Positions 1 to 14,654 of a DNA stretch of 64,000 nt are shown piece after piece. Made by a program: the position numbers and the translations under genes. Origin of the DNA: Styela clava (taxonomy: Eukaryota). The stretch spans positions 12,524,001 through 12,588,000 of the forward strand of contig NC_135263.1 in the NCBI RefSeq assembly GCF_964204865.1, read 5' to 3'. Within the stretch, counting starts at the first letter, position 1, and every line of letters begins with the position of its first letter. The notes under the pieces were generated by a model that ran no database searches, was not told the origin of the DNA, and saw nothing but the letters and a program-made list of their open reading frames with translations.

Positions 1-72
1 ATTGTTGGCTTTTTCTGGCTTTTTTTATGTCTTGATTTGGCTTTTTTTGATGGCTGGGGTCTGGCAACCCTG
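1..72. mobile_element. End of a TIR-type MITE (…TCTGGCAACCCTG), truncated by the window edge
   Basis: Terminus is the reverse complement of CAGGGTTGCCAGA. It is preceded by repeated TGGCTTTTT subterminal motifs. The other end is not visible. Confidence 0.5.
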
Positions 73-446
73 ATTGTGTAACCAATCACCAAAACATAAA
101 TCATGGATCTGTTTACAACAGACACATTTAAAGCAAAACAATAATTTAATTGAGGTGAACAACTGCAAAGCAATGTGCTAGGTGTGAACCAAAGCATACC
201 GTACCTATAACTTGTTGTACACAATGTCACAAAAATGACTTTATTAGTTGCTGCATCCTCGTTGATCTGATTGTTATGCTTCTCAGTTCTCAATTCTGCA
301 ATGATTGGTCGTTTGACTAGTTGACAGACAGGTCGCAGTGTGAATCGAAATAAACTTATACCGGTACTTATAATGGGTATAGCTAAATGTGTTTTACCAA
401 ATTTTGAATTTGTATATGGCAGTCAATGTATTACAAAAATATTTGA

Positions 447-1505
<1,059 letters not shown>

Positions 1506-3173
1506 AGGAATTTTTAAAATTTAGATTTAAGTCAATAAATTTCAGTGCAATATCATTTTGATTTGTTAGTTTATGATATTCATTACTAAAACTTAATTTT
1601 CAATTTTGAAGTGGTTCATGAACTAGTGTATTTATTCACTGTACTTTAAATGTATTTCTTCAATTCTTTGGTTTCATATGTCTTCAACAAGTAGAATAAT
1701 GCTCCATTCTTGTCTGGGACAGATACCCAACATAGTTTATTGCTTTTTTACTAATTTTTTTATTTGTCTGAGGCTTGAATCAAGACTTCAATAATTTATA
1801 CAATTAATTACAAGTGCTACAGTATTTTTGGCTGGTCATACCTAACTATTACCTGTTCACCCTCGCGGGTCTATTCATAGACTCACGTTTTAACCTGGAA
1901 TCACTAAAATAAATGCCAACCCAAGTCCACAGGGCGAATGTTCACCCTACCCAATCAGATATACCTGGTAATATCCAGAAATAAATATCTCAGTGGATTA
2001 TCTAATAGCTTCACCTGTGATTTGTGTGATTTTGATTTTGATAAATATTTCCAAGATATAGCCTATAAGGCTATCCAAACATGAATAGTGTTTTATAATT
2101 CATGTAAAATTCAAAATATTATAAATTATTTTGGGGTTGCCTTTCTGATTATATATATAACTTTATCATATATCGTATATGCAATATTTTATCAACTCTG
2201 ATAATAGAGAAATTTGTAAAGAATTTTGTGTATTCTGTGATTTAGCAAATATTGATTATAATTATATTAGACCCAATCATTCTCTTCCTGCATGTACTCT
2301 TATTTTATATTCAACTAATTAAATTGGAATGTTTCAAATAGGTTATTGCCTTGTAGAATTACAATAACCTTCATTTAAAAAATATTATTAGTAGTTAAAT
2401 TTGTCTTTATTAATTATTTAAATTGCCAAGTTTACTGTTTCAATTTTTGGTGACATATCTGTATTAGTACCTCCTATATTACCACAATCTTCTATTATAC
2501 CTTGATCAAATTTAAAAACTTGATAAAACCCAATAAATGATTTATTAAGGTATTCAGTTTATGTGTGAAAGTCTTTTCCATCGCAAACAGCTCTTAGGTA
2601 CAACAGATACATGCTTGTTATTCTGTTTTAAAAGTTGTTCAATGCTATGAATGTCGAACTTTTGTATCGCAAATTGAAAGTATGTATGAGATGCTTGAAT
2701 GAAGAATGAAATATATTGGTAACACCAAATGCCGTTTTCATTCAACCAGGCTGGGAAACAGGAGAGATGAAAATTGAATCAAATATGAAAAGTTTTTTCT
2801 AAGTACTTCGTTCCCAAGCGCCTAGCGGTCGGGTTTGATGGCGGATATCTTTATTAAAAACACGGTGTTTATTGCATGCATTTTTTATTATAAATATTTG
2901 ATTCGGCCATTAGTCGATTATCGGAGACAGTTGATATCACATCTTCTTAAATTAAATTTTCAAGATCTTTCATTTGCTTCGCCATCTCTTCACTAAAACA
3001 CGTGCGCCACGGTTTGAAAAAAAAAATTATAATAACGGAGATGGCAATAATGGCGATTTCACGCGCTGTGTGTGTTATTAAATAAAAATGAATTTCACAA
3101 TTCGAAATATTACGGAACATCGCTATCGAATTATGTGCACAGATTCATTGTCTGCATAAGCTTCCTGGACGCG

Positions 3174-4730
3174 ATGGAGTATCGTATCGCAGGGGCTACA
3201 GGCTCTGTTTTGATAAAGAACTTGACCGTTTGGAACCTTATTGGAGGAGGTAAGTCAATTTTCAAATTAAATTGAACGATTATTCTTTTCGAGAAGGGCG
3301 TTCGTTAAATTACTTGTAGAAGGCTTGTAAATATTTATCTGTAGTCGTATTGACAGGGAAAAATCGCATCGTTTAATGGTCGTATATGTCATAAATCTTC
3401 AAATATTTACGTTTGATATTTTTTCACATAAAACAGTCATAACTACACTAAAACATTAACACCGTGTGGAGAATAATAGCGTGACTTGGGTTCTGATTCC
3501 CAGGATCGGGGGATTCATGTATATATATTCCATTTTTTTGAAATTTGTGTATATATATTTGCGCTCTAATTTGACTATACTTTCAACTTTATATTGAGTG
3601 ATATATACGCCTATTTATAAGCCTTTTTATTAATTCATGAAAGTTGTCGTGCCTAATTTTAATACGATACAGTGACTAGATTGCTGGCAAATTTTAAGTG
3701 GAATGAAAACCCATTTGATAAAAGTTCTGTCGTTTGAGGCTTTACAGCAATAGTGTGTTTTTTTATTATATCTATTGCAAAAAGATAAAATGTAGGTTGT
3801 CTTTCTTCAAAAAATCCACTACATAACGATATCAATTGGTTTTCGGATGATAACTTTGAAATGATTGTCAATATAGTTGTTTTAAAATAGACTCAAATTT
3901 GAAAATCAACAGAAAACTAAACTACATTTATTATTGCAGCGTACATCAATCCATCTTCGTTTCTATTTATTCCCGGACTTGCTAGTCTCCTGATTAAAGA
4001 GTCTCTCGTGGAAAAAGCTCCGTCGTTTTCAAAAAATCACGTCTTAATGATAAAATGTCAAAGGATGCAGTTCAGTGATCACTTCCAGAATATTTCGAAA
4101 GAGTTCAAGTATGCATGTGATAAGATGGATAGATTCCAATATTATTTGCGACTTAATAAAGCTATTGAAATGACTTATAAGCTATCATCAATGGGAAAGA
4201 CATCTTTTGTGTCAGATTCACTTGTGACAGACCTCGAAGAAGATAAGATTTTGGCAACTCACCGTCTATTGGCTGTTTGCGTCAACAAAGCAACTGGAAT
4301 ACCCGCCAGTCTGCCGCAAGAACTTCGAGAACTCGCTGAAGAAAGGAGTAGCGTCACTAAAAACAGTGATATATTCACAAGAAATTTAATGGAAACTGCA
4401 CCAGAGGGCAGCGTGGCTAAGCATGTCGAAATGGAAGACGTAACCTTTTTGGATTATGTACCCCACCATAAGTATTTAAACTTCTATCTGGACTGCCTTG
4501 CAAGAGATGCAACCATGAATGGCGTTACCAATTTGCCTGGAAACATGCCTATATGGGATTACCAGGTACGCTCGTGCTCGTTTTTGTATTTGAAGCAATC
4601 AAAGCTTGGTGATCGCATTCAAACTTTCTACTGGAAAGATCCTGCAGACATGTGGAGCTTCTACTTCAAGACAATGCGAAACAAAGAAACTATATGCGAG
4701 GCTCGAGTAAAAATGACTGCTGCAAAATGA
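3174..4730 (+). CDS. Double-hotdog acyl-ACP/acyl-CoA thioesterase-like protein, 2 exons, about 288 aa
   Basis: Exons 3174-3249 (donor G|gtaagt) and 3940-4730 (acceptor ttattgcag) join in frame at phase 1. Hotdog-like motifs: MGKTSF, AVCVNKATGIPASLP, FLYLKQSKLGDRI. AATAAA near 4810. The family call is by motif recognition only. Confidence 0.65.
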
Positions 4731-5125
4731 ACACTAGACATTATATCGACTGTTTTTTTTTGGAACAAAATAGTGTATTATTACTTTATAGTTAATACAG
4801 TCACTTTTCAATAAAATACTTCCTCAAATTCTGCATATCGTGATATTTTCGTGTATTCTGCTGTTAATATATACCATTCGTGTAATAAAAATTTGAATAT
4901 GTTCGATTATTCCAAAATCTGGACACTTAGCGGAAATTGAAAAGATTTCATGACAAAATCCTAATGCCGATTACCTTGAGTAACCCCATAAGGAATCTAA
5001 CCGTTGTTTCGCTTTGGCGGTGAAAGAAGCGCCACACGGAGCACCTAGGCTGCGATTTGTCATGACAAACCTGCGACCGTTTATGCCTGTTGCAGATGGA
5101 TACTGTAAAGTAATATTTACTAGAC

Positions 5126-6665
5126 CAGTGGTTCCCAACCTTTTTTTTCGCGACCCCAATTTTCATAAATCAAACACACAGATACTCGCGACCCCACAAC
5201 TAGAAACGTTGAGCAACATCCGAAATCAGTACGGTGCATCATTTTAATTACCTCAATGGGAACTGGACGTTGCCGGTGAACATTGGCCCCAAAATATACA
5301 AACGAGTCCGGCAATGCGCCGGAAAACGGAGGAACTTCGGAAGATTTGATAATACACGACATCGTAAGAAAACCACAATGTAAAAACCTCTTAAATCAGA
5401 ACCATAACGGTTCTCTGGCGAAACATAGACGGACTTGACAAAACGTGGTAGATTGTAAGGAAGCTTATGATACTTCGGAAATAGTAAGATTCGAAGATGG
5501 TAAGATGCTTCTCCCTACATAAATTTTAAATATTATTTAGTATATTCCAACAGTGTCTTTATTATTTTTAGTACAATGTTAACATATTACAGATTGCTCC
5601 ATTATTGATTTTAAAGTAAAACAGAGCATGAGAGTAAAATAGGAAAACGTGTACGGAATCACATCTTTCTGGTGCCTTTTATTAGGCTGAAATTTGTTGT
5701 GGTTTTGTGTTTGAATACTCGGAACACGTCGAAATTATCTATGAAAAGTCTAAATACGTAATATTGCAATACGAAAATGTTCACTTTTTTGTGGGGTCGA
5801 TGTGGACAAAACACGCAGCCGATTCGTGGATTTTGGACACGTGCGCAAATTAACAAAGTGCTTTCGAAACTGATCGAAACCTAAAGTGCCAATACTCCGC
5901 CAAATAAAGCAACTTTGCTTTGTATATTCCACAACCAAGCAGCTACACCAGTAGTTCTCGAACCCTTTTTGCTTACGGCGCACTTAGCGAATGAAAAATA
6001 TTCCGCGGCACACTTGTAACAAAATAAAGTTATCTTTAAACAAAATATTATGCAAATGTTAATGCGATGTGTGTGTGTCTGTTTTGAGAACCAATTGAAA
6101 CGAGGTTTCGTCGTTCCCTTTTTTGCTTTTAATTTCAGCCATAGTAGAAAGTCACTCTTACTACAACGATAAGGCAAATATATTTATATTACATGTCTAA
6201 TACTGAATACTCAAGTTTTACAAGCCTGCCCGTTGCATGCATGCCTATGTGTAATACAAACAGCTTATTTTCTAAAATTTCAAAAAGCTCCGCGGCGGCT
6301 CACCTGAGAAGCTCTTGCGGCACACTAGCGTGCTGCGGCACACAGTGTGAGAAACGCTGGACGACACTGATAAAAAAAAACGTAACTTCTCGCAGACTTG
6401 GCAATAAATCCGATTCGCGTACCAGCGGGTCAACAACGTATTCGGATGTAACATGATCAAACAAGCTATAAAAAGAATCGACCAATTTTGGGGCCGTTTG
6501 GACAATAAATGGTCGAGTTATTGCTGAAAAATCCGAAGTTGGAAATTTTACCGTATTTGCCGACCAGCACAAATTTCAATTTTTAAATCCTATTCACTTG
6601 TGTGCGCATGTTCTACAGAAGTTAGGCGACCCCGGAAAATCTTCACGACCCCATCGGGGTCGCTG
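5126..6665. mobile_element. Non-autonomous hAT (Buster/Charlie-like) element
   Basis: Left TIR CAGTGGTTCCCAACC. Perfect 8-bp TSD TACTAGAC at 5118-5125 and 6666-6673. GCGACCCC subterminal motifs at both ends. Possible transposase relic on the minus strand at about 6370-6505 (KRPQN…AC…TRW…EKLRFFL). Confidence 0.8.
5949..6359. mobile_element. hAT MITE nested inside the previous element
   Basis: Imperfect TIRs CAGTAGTTCTC / GAGAAACGCTG and repeated GCGGCACAC subterminal motifs. The TSD is degenerate (agctacac/gacgacac). Confidence 0.6.
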
Positions 6666-7204
6666 TACTAGACCATAGCATGGAGCTTTTTACTCCTGAT
6701 ATCAGAATTGACGAAACTTTTTTATTGTAAAAATGGCAAGTAGTTTACAAAAAATAACAAAATAATATCATAGATGTACACAACAAAACAGTGCATAGGG
6801 AAATTTGTTCCGTGCTCATAAATTTGGAGTAGTAAACAATTTGCAAATACACTTGTGTTTTTAATATTAAAGATCTGAGATTTGGCAATAATATTAAAAA
6901 CTCAGTAGATTGAATATATTTACTAACGTTGGATTATCCGACTACGCTTGATATCATAATCAGAATGAGGTTTTTATTGCCCGAATATGACCTTTTATAG
7001 TCAAATTACTGAGAGCTGGAATCACAAAAGAGTTTTGATGAAATCTTTGGGACGTGAGCATGAAAGTGATTGCCGGAAAGTAGTTTTATTTCCTTTGGAA
7101 GAAAACTAATTTAAGCGTTATCAATATATCCTTAAGTATACCCACTCAATTGATCGGATAGTATCATGTTATTGCAAATATGTATTTTACATATTTATGT
7201 TGTG

Positions 7205-10200
7205 TTATTCGACGTCAGACCTGCATCCCGTTTCATGCACCGTAAAAGTTCTTTCATTGTCAGAGTAGACTTGAGATGCTGGTCTATTGTATGGACGTAT
7301 AGGAGGTTTTGGAGACATATCGTTTTCATTTGTCAGTCTGTGGAATAGGTTGAGTTTTAGCTTATGCATGCATTTAAAAAAAATTGTATTAAGTTAGTAC
7401 GACAAGATATTGCAATCTACTTGCGGTCGTGGTATTGTAAGACATGTAGAAAATTTAGATATTCTTCCTGTGATATATATTTAAGATTCGACCATTATAT
7501 TCTTAGCATGAATGTAATCGCAATTCTCTTACGGAATTATTTTGTAATGTATTGCGATGAATATGGTATTTGCCGATAGACTTGAAATTTTGCTAGTCGA
7601 GGTTTCTGGAATAACTTATTGAATGACGTGATCTAACTCTTGGCTTGGTTGGCTTTTCAACTTGCAAAACCACTGTTTCTGTCTGATCGAATAAAATTTA
7701 ACATGACCTGACTCAAATCAATAGTTGTTTCAGAGGAGTATCGAATTATATTGAAGAACAGAGTATATATTATATGCATGGTTGACTGTTCAAACGGAAG
7801 GACGCAATCGTTCTGTTAATCACCATTTCAAATCTGTGAAATGGGGAAATGTCATTGGATGTGATAAGACTTGGCCTGGGGCAATTTCATTCATTGCCCA
7901 TTAAAGTTTACGCTATTTCAGAGACATGTGGTTTAGATCACTGAGCAACGGGCGTGTAGCACCATCTATGTATATTACATTATAGCTGATTAGAAAATAA
8001 CTTACAGATGATACGTTTCGGGATATGCTGGCTCTCCATGTTTCTTGATATCTAGTCCTAACAATTCTTCATTTTCGGTAACTCGTAATAATCCCATCAT
8101 CTTTAATGCGGTAAACACAACCAAGCAGTTCATCCCTTAAAAACACAATAGTCTACATTCTTTATCAGTATAACGCTATGAAATTTTCTTTATCGTTGGC
8201 AGTAATTTTATTGCTTATTCCAAGAAAATTAAAAGTTTATTGAACTGCAAAGTAATGAACAGAAAATTTACATCTACAATACCCAACTTATGAGTCTGTT
8301 AAACGGCTATATCACGTAGAATTCTATAGACTAGTCTTTTTCTAACCTGTCCAAAAAATAATGCAGAGTGTTCCAAAGATATTCCAGCCAAGAGAAGCAA
8401 AAGCCATTCCATGCCCACCCAGTAAAATCCCCCCTATATATGTACCGTCAACCTTCAAGCCCCGAATAACGAAAAAGGGCGCAAGCAGCACTCCGGTGAG
8501 TCCTAAACGTAAAGAAGGTGAAAATTGACAATTCAGTCGTTCGACAACCAAGAGGAAGTAGATAATAAACTACCTCCCGAGGGAATGAGTAGATAAGAAA
8601 TTACCTCCTGCTAAATGCACCGGAATTGCTCCAATAGGATCATCAATTCTGTGTTTAATCAGCAAATGTTCCGTTACCACCATCATAACGCCAGAAACTG
8701 TTCCGATAACTACAGCTGCCCATGGGTGGGTATCGTTGCTGCTAGCGCACACTGATACCATGCCTGAACAGTAATAATAATAGACGGGTTGAAATGAGTA
8801 AAGAATTGGGGCATTTAAACAACTACACTAGGCTAGGCCCCGATTTCATTTCAATTATCATTTCCACAACATCAGCGAAGGATACAGATGATCTTGAACT
8901 TCGCCACCGTTAACGATACCGCAATTTCGCCTTCAACCCCTTATGGTAGTGTCGTTTCGATAACGGAAGTGTGATTTTGTTGTCAGGCTACCGACATAAA
9001 TAATAACACAATCAATGCATACAAATCTAGCCCTGCAATCTACTTTTATGTAGCTTTCTGACGGATGTCACCATGTACATGTTTTACTGCGACGATCCTT
9101 GCGATGCCATGGAGAATAGGTAACGTGCGCCTAAACTATTCTGGAAAGCATGAGTTTTATATTTTGGCATAACTGAAGTGCATGGTATTGCTGTAAAAAA
9201 CGCCTTCCGCATAACTAATAAAAAAACGAGTCTATAATTTGAGTATTTGTATAGGTGTCTGAATGCGCTAGGCCTAGAAGACTATTAGTTTCGGTTGTTT
9301 TTAAATAATTTTTATTGATGTAGCATTTTGTCCAATTGAGATCGTTGTAACGTATAAAATTGGACGTCATCAGCCTACCTGCAAGTCCTCCGTTAATAGC
9401 GATAATCAGTGACCAATACGCTTCTCGTCCCTTGAAATGTGAGAAAATTATGTTGAAAACTAAAGCTGAAAGTCCGCCAGATGAGGCAGATATGATAGTG
9501 TTTACCACTGACATTGACATCGTTACACCGTCTGTGCCGTCTAAAAGTAGAAGTGAAAAAGGTGTCGATGGAGGTGTCGAACTATAACTGAAATTACATT
9601 AATTTCGCTTAAAACGATAATATTGGCAGGTTAGTAGTAACTTGATTGCACAAAAATAAATTGTTGTTGCTTTTGTTGTTTTTCCCGACTAATTCAATTC
9701 AACTGTATACGTAAAGATGACTGATTTTCTTTTCTCTGCTACTATGTACCTCGTTATTTAAGTCAATTTCCTCTTATTTTATATTACATCATAGAAACAC
9801 TTTATTCCGTCACACTTGTTCGCCTCCGTCATGTCATGCACAATGGCGTATGATTTTCATTTCCCTGCTACTATGTACTATGGACCTCGTTAGTTAGGTC
9901 AATTTCCTCTTTTTTTATATTACATCATAGGAACACTTTTTCCGTTCCACTTGTTCGCCTCCGTCATGTCATGCACAATGGTGTATCTAGGCGGGTATTA
10001 AAGCCATTACTCGTGCCATGGGCGCCGCTTGTGTAGGAGCGCGAAAGGGCTTTAACCGTGGAAAATACTTAAATATTAAATTACAAGTGTGTCAATTCAA
10101 CAGCAGTCGTTAAAAACTGTCAGTTAACGATCAATGGGGAGCATTTTCAAATTTCATCATGGCTGTCATTTTACTCAGATACGCCACTGGTCAGGCATTG

Positions 10201-12748
10201 TACTGGAATTCCACTGGTCAAATTTTATAATTTAAATTCTAAAAAAAAATTTACTTACTAGAAATAGTACTCTGTGATCCACCGTTGAATGCGAGAAATC
10301 CAGCAAATAGAATGAATCCCCCCATGCTGGCAAGGGGAACACTGTGACCTCTCAAGTTATTATCAAATTTATTTTTGGATTTTTCTGGGTCATCGTCATC
10401 ATCCTTAGAAAACCTGGTATAGTTCAAAGATTGATTTTTCGACTAGTTTTAAGTTTACATTATACCAGTTTCTTATCGAGAATATAAAAATGTGGTTCAT
10501 ATTTAACGTGAGATTTGAATTTTGTATTTTCGACAGCCCGAATATATATCTTGTGTTCGGGGGAATGCAAATGTTACCAAAAATTTTCATCACTTTCTGT
10601 CTAACTTTCACAAGAAATTTTTTATAAAATTGGTTTTGCTGTATGAAAAAGATGAAACTGATCATAAATATTGAAGTGAATTCTCTAATTCCATGGTAGT
10701 TTTCAACACCACCTCCTTTTCCTCTTGGCGTTTTAATTGCAATTTGTATTTCATTGTAATCTGGCAATACAGTGTAGCAAATGTTACTAACCTTCCTATC
10801 CTTGGACCCAGAATTATAGCTCCTACCAGAGCAGCTGTTCCACCAGTAACGTGTACAACACCACTTCCTGCAAAATCAATGAACCGAACTCCTAATCCCG
10901 CACCAGTGTAAAGAAAACCGTTATCTGACCAGCACCAGTGCGACATAACAGGATAAATATAACCTGTAAAGTTTAAAATTGCCAAGTCAATAAATAATCG
11001 CAATGAGATCATAATTAGTCCACAAAAAAATACTTATTCAAATTTGGCTGAAACCAATTCAAACTTTTTTATTTTAAATATGTTTGAATCGCAAAAAACG
11101 AAGGCCTACCTGTTATGACAAAACTGTAGATTAAATAAGCTACAAATTGAGTTCTTTCAGCCATTGCACCTGATACAATAGTTGAAGCTGTTGCTGCGAA
11201 CGCAAAATGGAAAAACCACGAAGAATAATATTCACTTGCTTCCATAACTTCGGGTGAATTTGTTCTGTATAGAGCAAAGACAATGAATTAATTTATTTTG
11301 TTTATTGACTTATAAGGACATAGTATAACAAGCCAGTAAAAATCATACCGAACCTTCATTTAAAACCGATGCAAATACCGATTATATAATACCATTTTAC
11401 ACGAATTAAAATATATAGAACTCACCCTCCTATGTCCAGCTCGTATGACATATTACCCAAAATCTGAAACAGTAAAAAAATCAATTAAATCTAAAATACT
11501 CTTCTTTCTAGCATCGTAACTAGCATCGTAAACATAATAATTTCAAACTCTTTGTGACTTCGACGCAAATTTGTTATTTGTATAAAATATTTGTATTGGC
11601 CAGAGCGTTAAAGAATTGGTCCAAACTACGAACAAATAAAACGAAAAAAAGACTGAATCTAAAATAATATGCTTGTATTTAATATAATACACTGATGTGC
11701 CATGTAGGCTATAGCCCATTTTATAAGTTGATGAAACAGGTTTATCGAACTTACAATGTGTAGGGTACGGATTGAGATTGAAATTGAGCAAAGCACAACA
11801 GTCTTATACACGAAAACATTCCACTCTACTGTGTTACTTTTGTAGGACAAATGTCCATACACAAAATAAAGACAAAAAACTTCATGAACATTCATTTCCT
11901 CAATTACTATTTTATACAACTTGCTACCATTGCCATTGCTAATAAATATCACTGGGGTTTTAGATCTCAGCGCTCAAGATGTATAACGAGAGACGCTGTT
12001 ATATTATATTTATATATCCTATATATAAAATAATTCAAAAAGTTGGAACAAACCTCCCTGTGGGAAACTGATCTAGAGAAAAAGTAATTATGTCCAATGA
12101 ATGCATTCCCGGGCACTCCATAAGCAAACGCAAATCCAAACACCCAGTATGATAAAGCACCGACAAAAACGTCCAAAAAATTCTTAAACAGTATGTTCGT
12201 TGTATTTTTGCTTCGCACCGATCCCGCTTCAAGCAGAGCGAATCCACATTGCATAAAAATGATCCAAATGGCTAAAAATCAAAATAAATGTATTTTTCCA
12301 AACGCTTCAATTACGGTATTGCTTTATGTACAACTCTATTATTGTAAATTCAAATAATATTGATTATAATTTTTGACAATACTAATTTTAAATCACTATT
12401 GGCTGGTATGCGCCACACGATTCATTCGCGGACGGTAAACTGTTATACCCAAATAGTCTATCTTTTACTGTTGTGAGTTGGAACTTCTAAAACGACTGTT
12501 TTAAATATTGACATCGACTCAATTACTATATTGTGAGCTAATAACATATACATAGTTTTCAATTATAGTCTTTAAATATAAACTTGGCAAATAATATAAA
12601 AACAATTTGAAAAATAACACCTTTTTGAGAACATGTAAATAGAGTGATTTACGAATCACTTACAAATAAATATTTTGAATTGTTGATCGAGGTTCTTTTT
12701 TAAAGAGAAAATTTGTTCTTGAACTGATTCCGTCACAATGTCTGCCAT
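7205..12748 (-). CDS. Amt: Ammonium transporter (Amt/MEP family, animal Amt type), 11 exons, about 520 aa
   Basis: Exons: 12748-12664, 12271-12054, 11463-11426, 11264-11110, 10963-10792, 10413-10259, 9540-9379, 8763-8605, 8502-8347, 8135-8006, 7337-7205. All introns are GT-AG with compatible phases (1563 nt total). Motifs [56 protein letters not shown] (both pore His present) and [12 protein letters not shown]. The last exon is less certain. Confidence 0.93.
9722..9985. repeat. Two-copy tandem duplication (units of about 130 bp) in an Amt intron
   Basis: 9722-9850 and 9851-9985 share, for example, CACTTGTTCGCCTCCGTCATGTCATGCACAATGG. Confidence 0.9.
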
Positions 12749-13120
12749 TTTCCACGATATTCAGATACCATACGTCGTTGTAATTTTCGCTTTTCGTTTA
12801 TTTATCACTAGACTTTACGATCTACAGGGAAATTTCAACAAGTTAGTAAAGTTGAACTAATATCCACTTTTCTACATTATTATATGTGTAAAGTCGGATT
12901 GAAATTGTGATTAAAAAGATAAGACATGCCACATGTCTATGCGAGCTGACTAACAATCAAAAAATTATAATCAGGGATGAAAAATGTATGTCGTCTGCCT
13001 TTTTCTGTCGAAGCCAGCATATTTTATTATTTGTTAAAGTCATCTCAAGTAGTTGACTCCGTTGCACAGATAATAAACTGACTAGATAAATTATTTAGTG
13101 ATTTATACATGATAATATTT

Positions 13121-13230
13121 GGACCTCCCGAAGTATACGCACCAAGGTGGTGCACAACCTGAACTCAGGTTGTGTACCAGGTTAGGGTTCAGGTTATGCG
13201 ACATCTTGGTGCGCATACTTCAGGAGTACC
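13121..13230. mobile_element. Fold-back MITE, Merlin/MULE-like (GG…CC termini)
   Basis: Imperfect TIRs of about 44 bp, perfect 8-bp TSD TAATATTT (13113-13120 and 13231-13238), internal GGTTAGGGTT. Confidence 0.75.
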
Positions 13231-14654
13231 TAATATTTAAACTCACTTCAGAGCTAATCATGATTTCCTTTGAACTCAGTCAGTTTACAATATATAACCA
13301 CAAACCGTCTGTAGATATTTTTCAACTGTTTTCCCCACATTGTCACTTTCTTGGGCAGTTGAAAATTTTGGATAGCATTACAGTACGATAGAGTTTCTGA
13401 CTTCAGTGAGATTAGTTAGTGTCAAACATGATTTCGATATTATTGAAGCTACATAGGCTACATTAAATCAGATGTTTCTATACTGACATTTAGATCAAAT
13501 TCCACTTGACTTTATCCCTCTTTTGAAAATACGTTTTAATTATTGTTGTGTATATTTCAAATAAATCCACACTATGCCCACTTACTACCTTGAAAAATTT
13601 AATCCATTAGAGAAGATTAAAAACATTCGACGATAAGACCGATACCACGAGTTTATCAGACTTTGAATATCTAAACTCAAAGACGTAAGGATGCAGTAGC
13701 GAATTCGTTAGACTTAAGCTGCAAGTGCACTGCCGACAGCCTTTTAAACTCATAACGGACTCGTGAAGTTGTTGAATTGAAAGGTAATTTCTTTATCCCT
13801 CCGTGCCTAAAATCTTCGATAATACACAAATTGAGGGGCTGCAAAATTATATTGTCTAAAACTAAGTATCCTTTGAAATTTACTAAATTCAACTTGGCGA
13901 AAATGTCTGACGCGTTGAATAGGTTTATTCTGGAAATATTATTTTCCCCTTTTTCAAGCGGCTATAAACTCGAAGAATTTTTTGCCATTTTTGACAATTT
14001 TGCTGACAAAAATCAGATGTATAATGTAAATACTGATTGTTCTCAATTAAGAATGTTACCCTATATTCTAGCTACATTAAGTCCAATCTTCTAACGTCTA
14101 TTCAATATAGCCTAAATCCACCTGAGAATATTCCTCACTTCATTGCGCTGACAAGCTTTATTTTGCCTACGCGATAAGACAAAATTTAAACCTTCGAATA
14201 AATAAACAAATCAATTTATATATGTATGCCAACATCGGTAATTTAGCATTTATCCTCGTCTTGCTCAGTCGGTTTAATATTACTCTATTTCAAATATATA
14301 TGTTATCGTATAACGTCATCACAACAGAACTTTCGCCTGATATATCTTAATGTATATCATTTCTAACCACAAATGATGGGCCAATTACTGGTTTGCAGGA
14401 GATAAAAGCACCGTATTATCAATTCCATGCGATGAATGCAAATTCTTAGAATAAAATACATTACCGATGTACAAGCGTTCAGTGAATCATCAGTTATTTT
14501 TCAAATTGATATACAGTGACGCTATTTGAACCAGGAACTAACTTAATCAGAAAACTTTACAATTTGATTCTCATTGCAAATTTCGCTTACGGTACAAAGC
14601 AGTATATAGGCTTGGTAGAAAATCAACTCCTTTTAATCAATCAGCTATCTAGGT

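Noticed and set aside
1-423. Stop-free minus-strand frame running off the window edge
   Set aside because: No recognisable motif, and it runs into a MITE terminus. It cannot be supported.
9722-9985. CRISPR-like or other repeat-spacer array
   Set aside because: Only two diverged ~130-bp units with no spacers, and no cas genes in a eukaryotic context.
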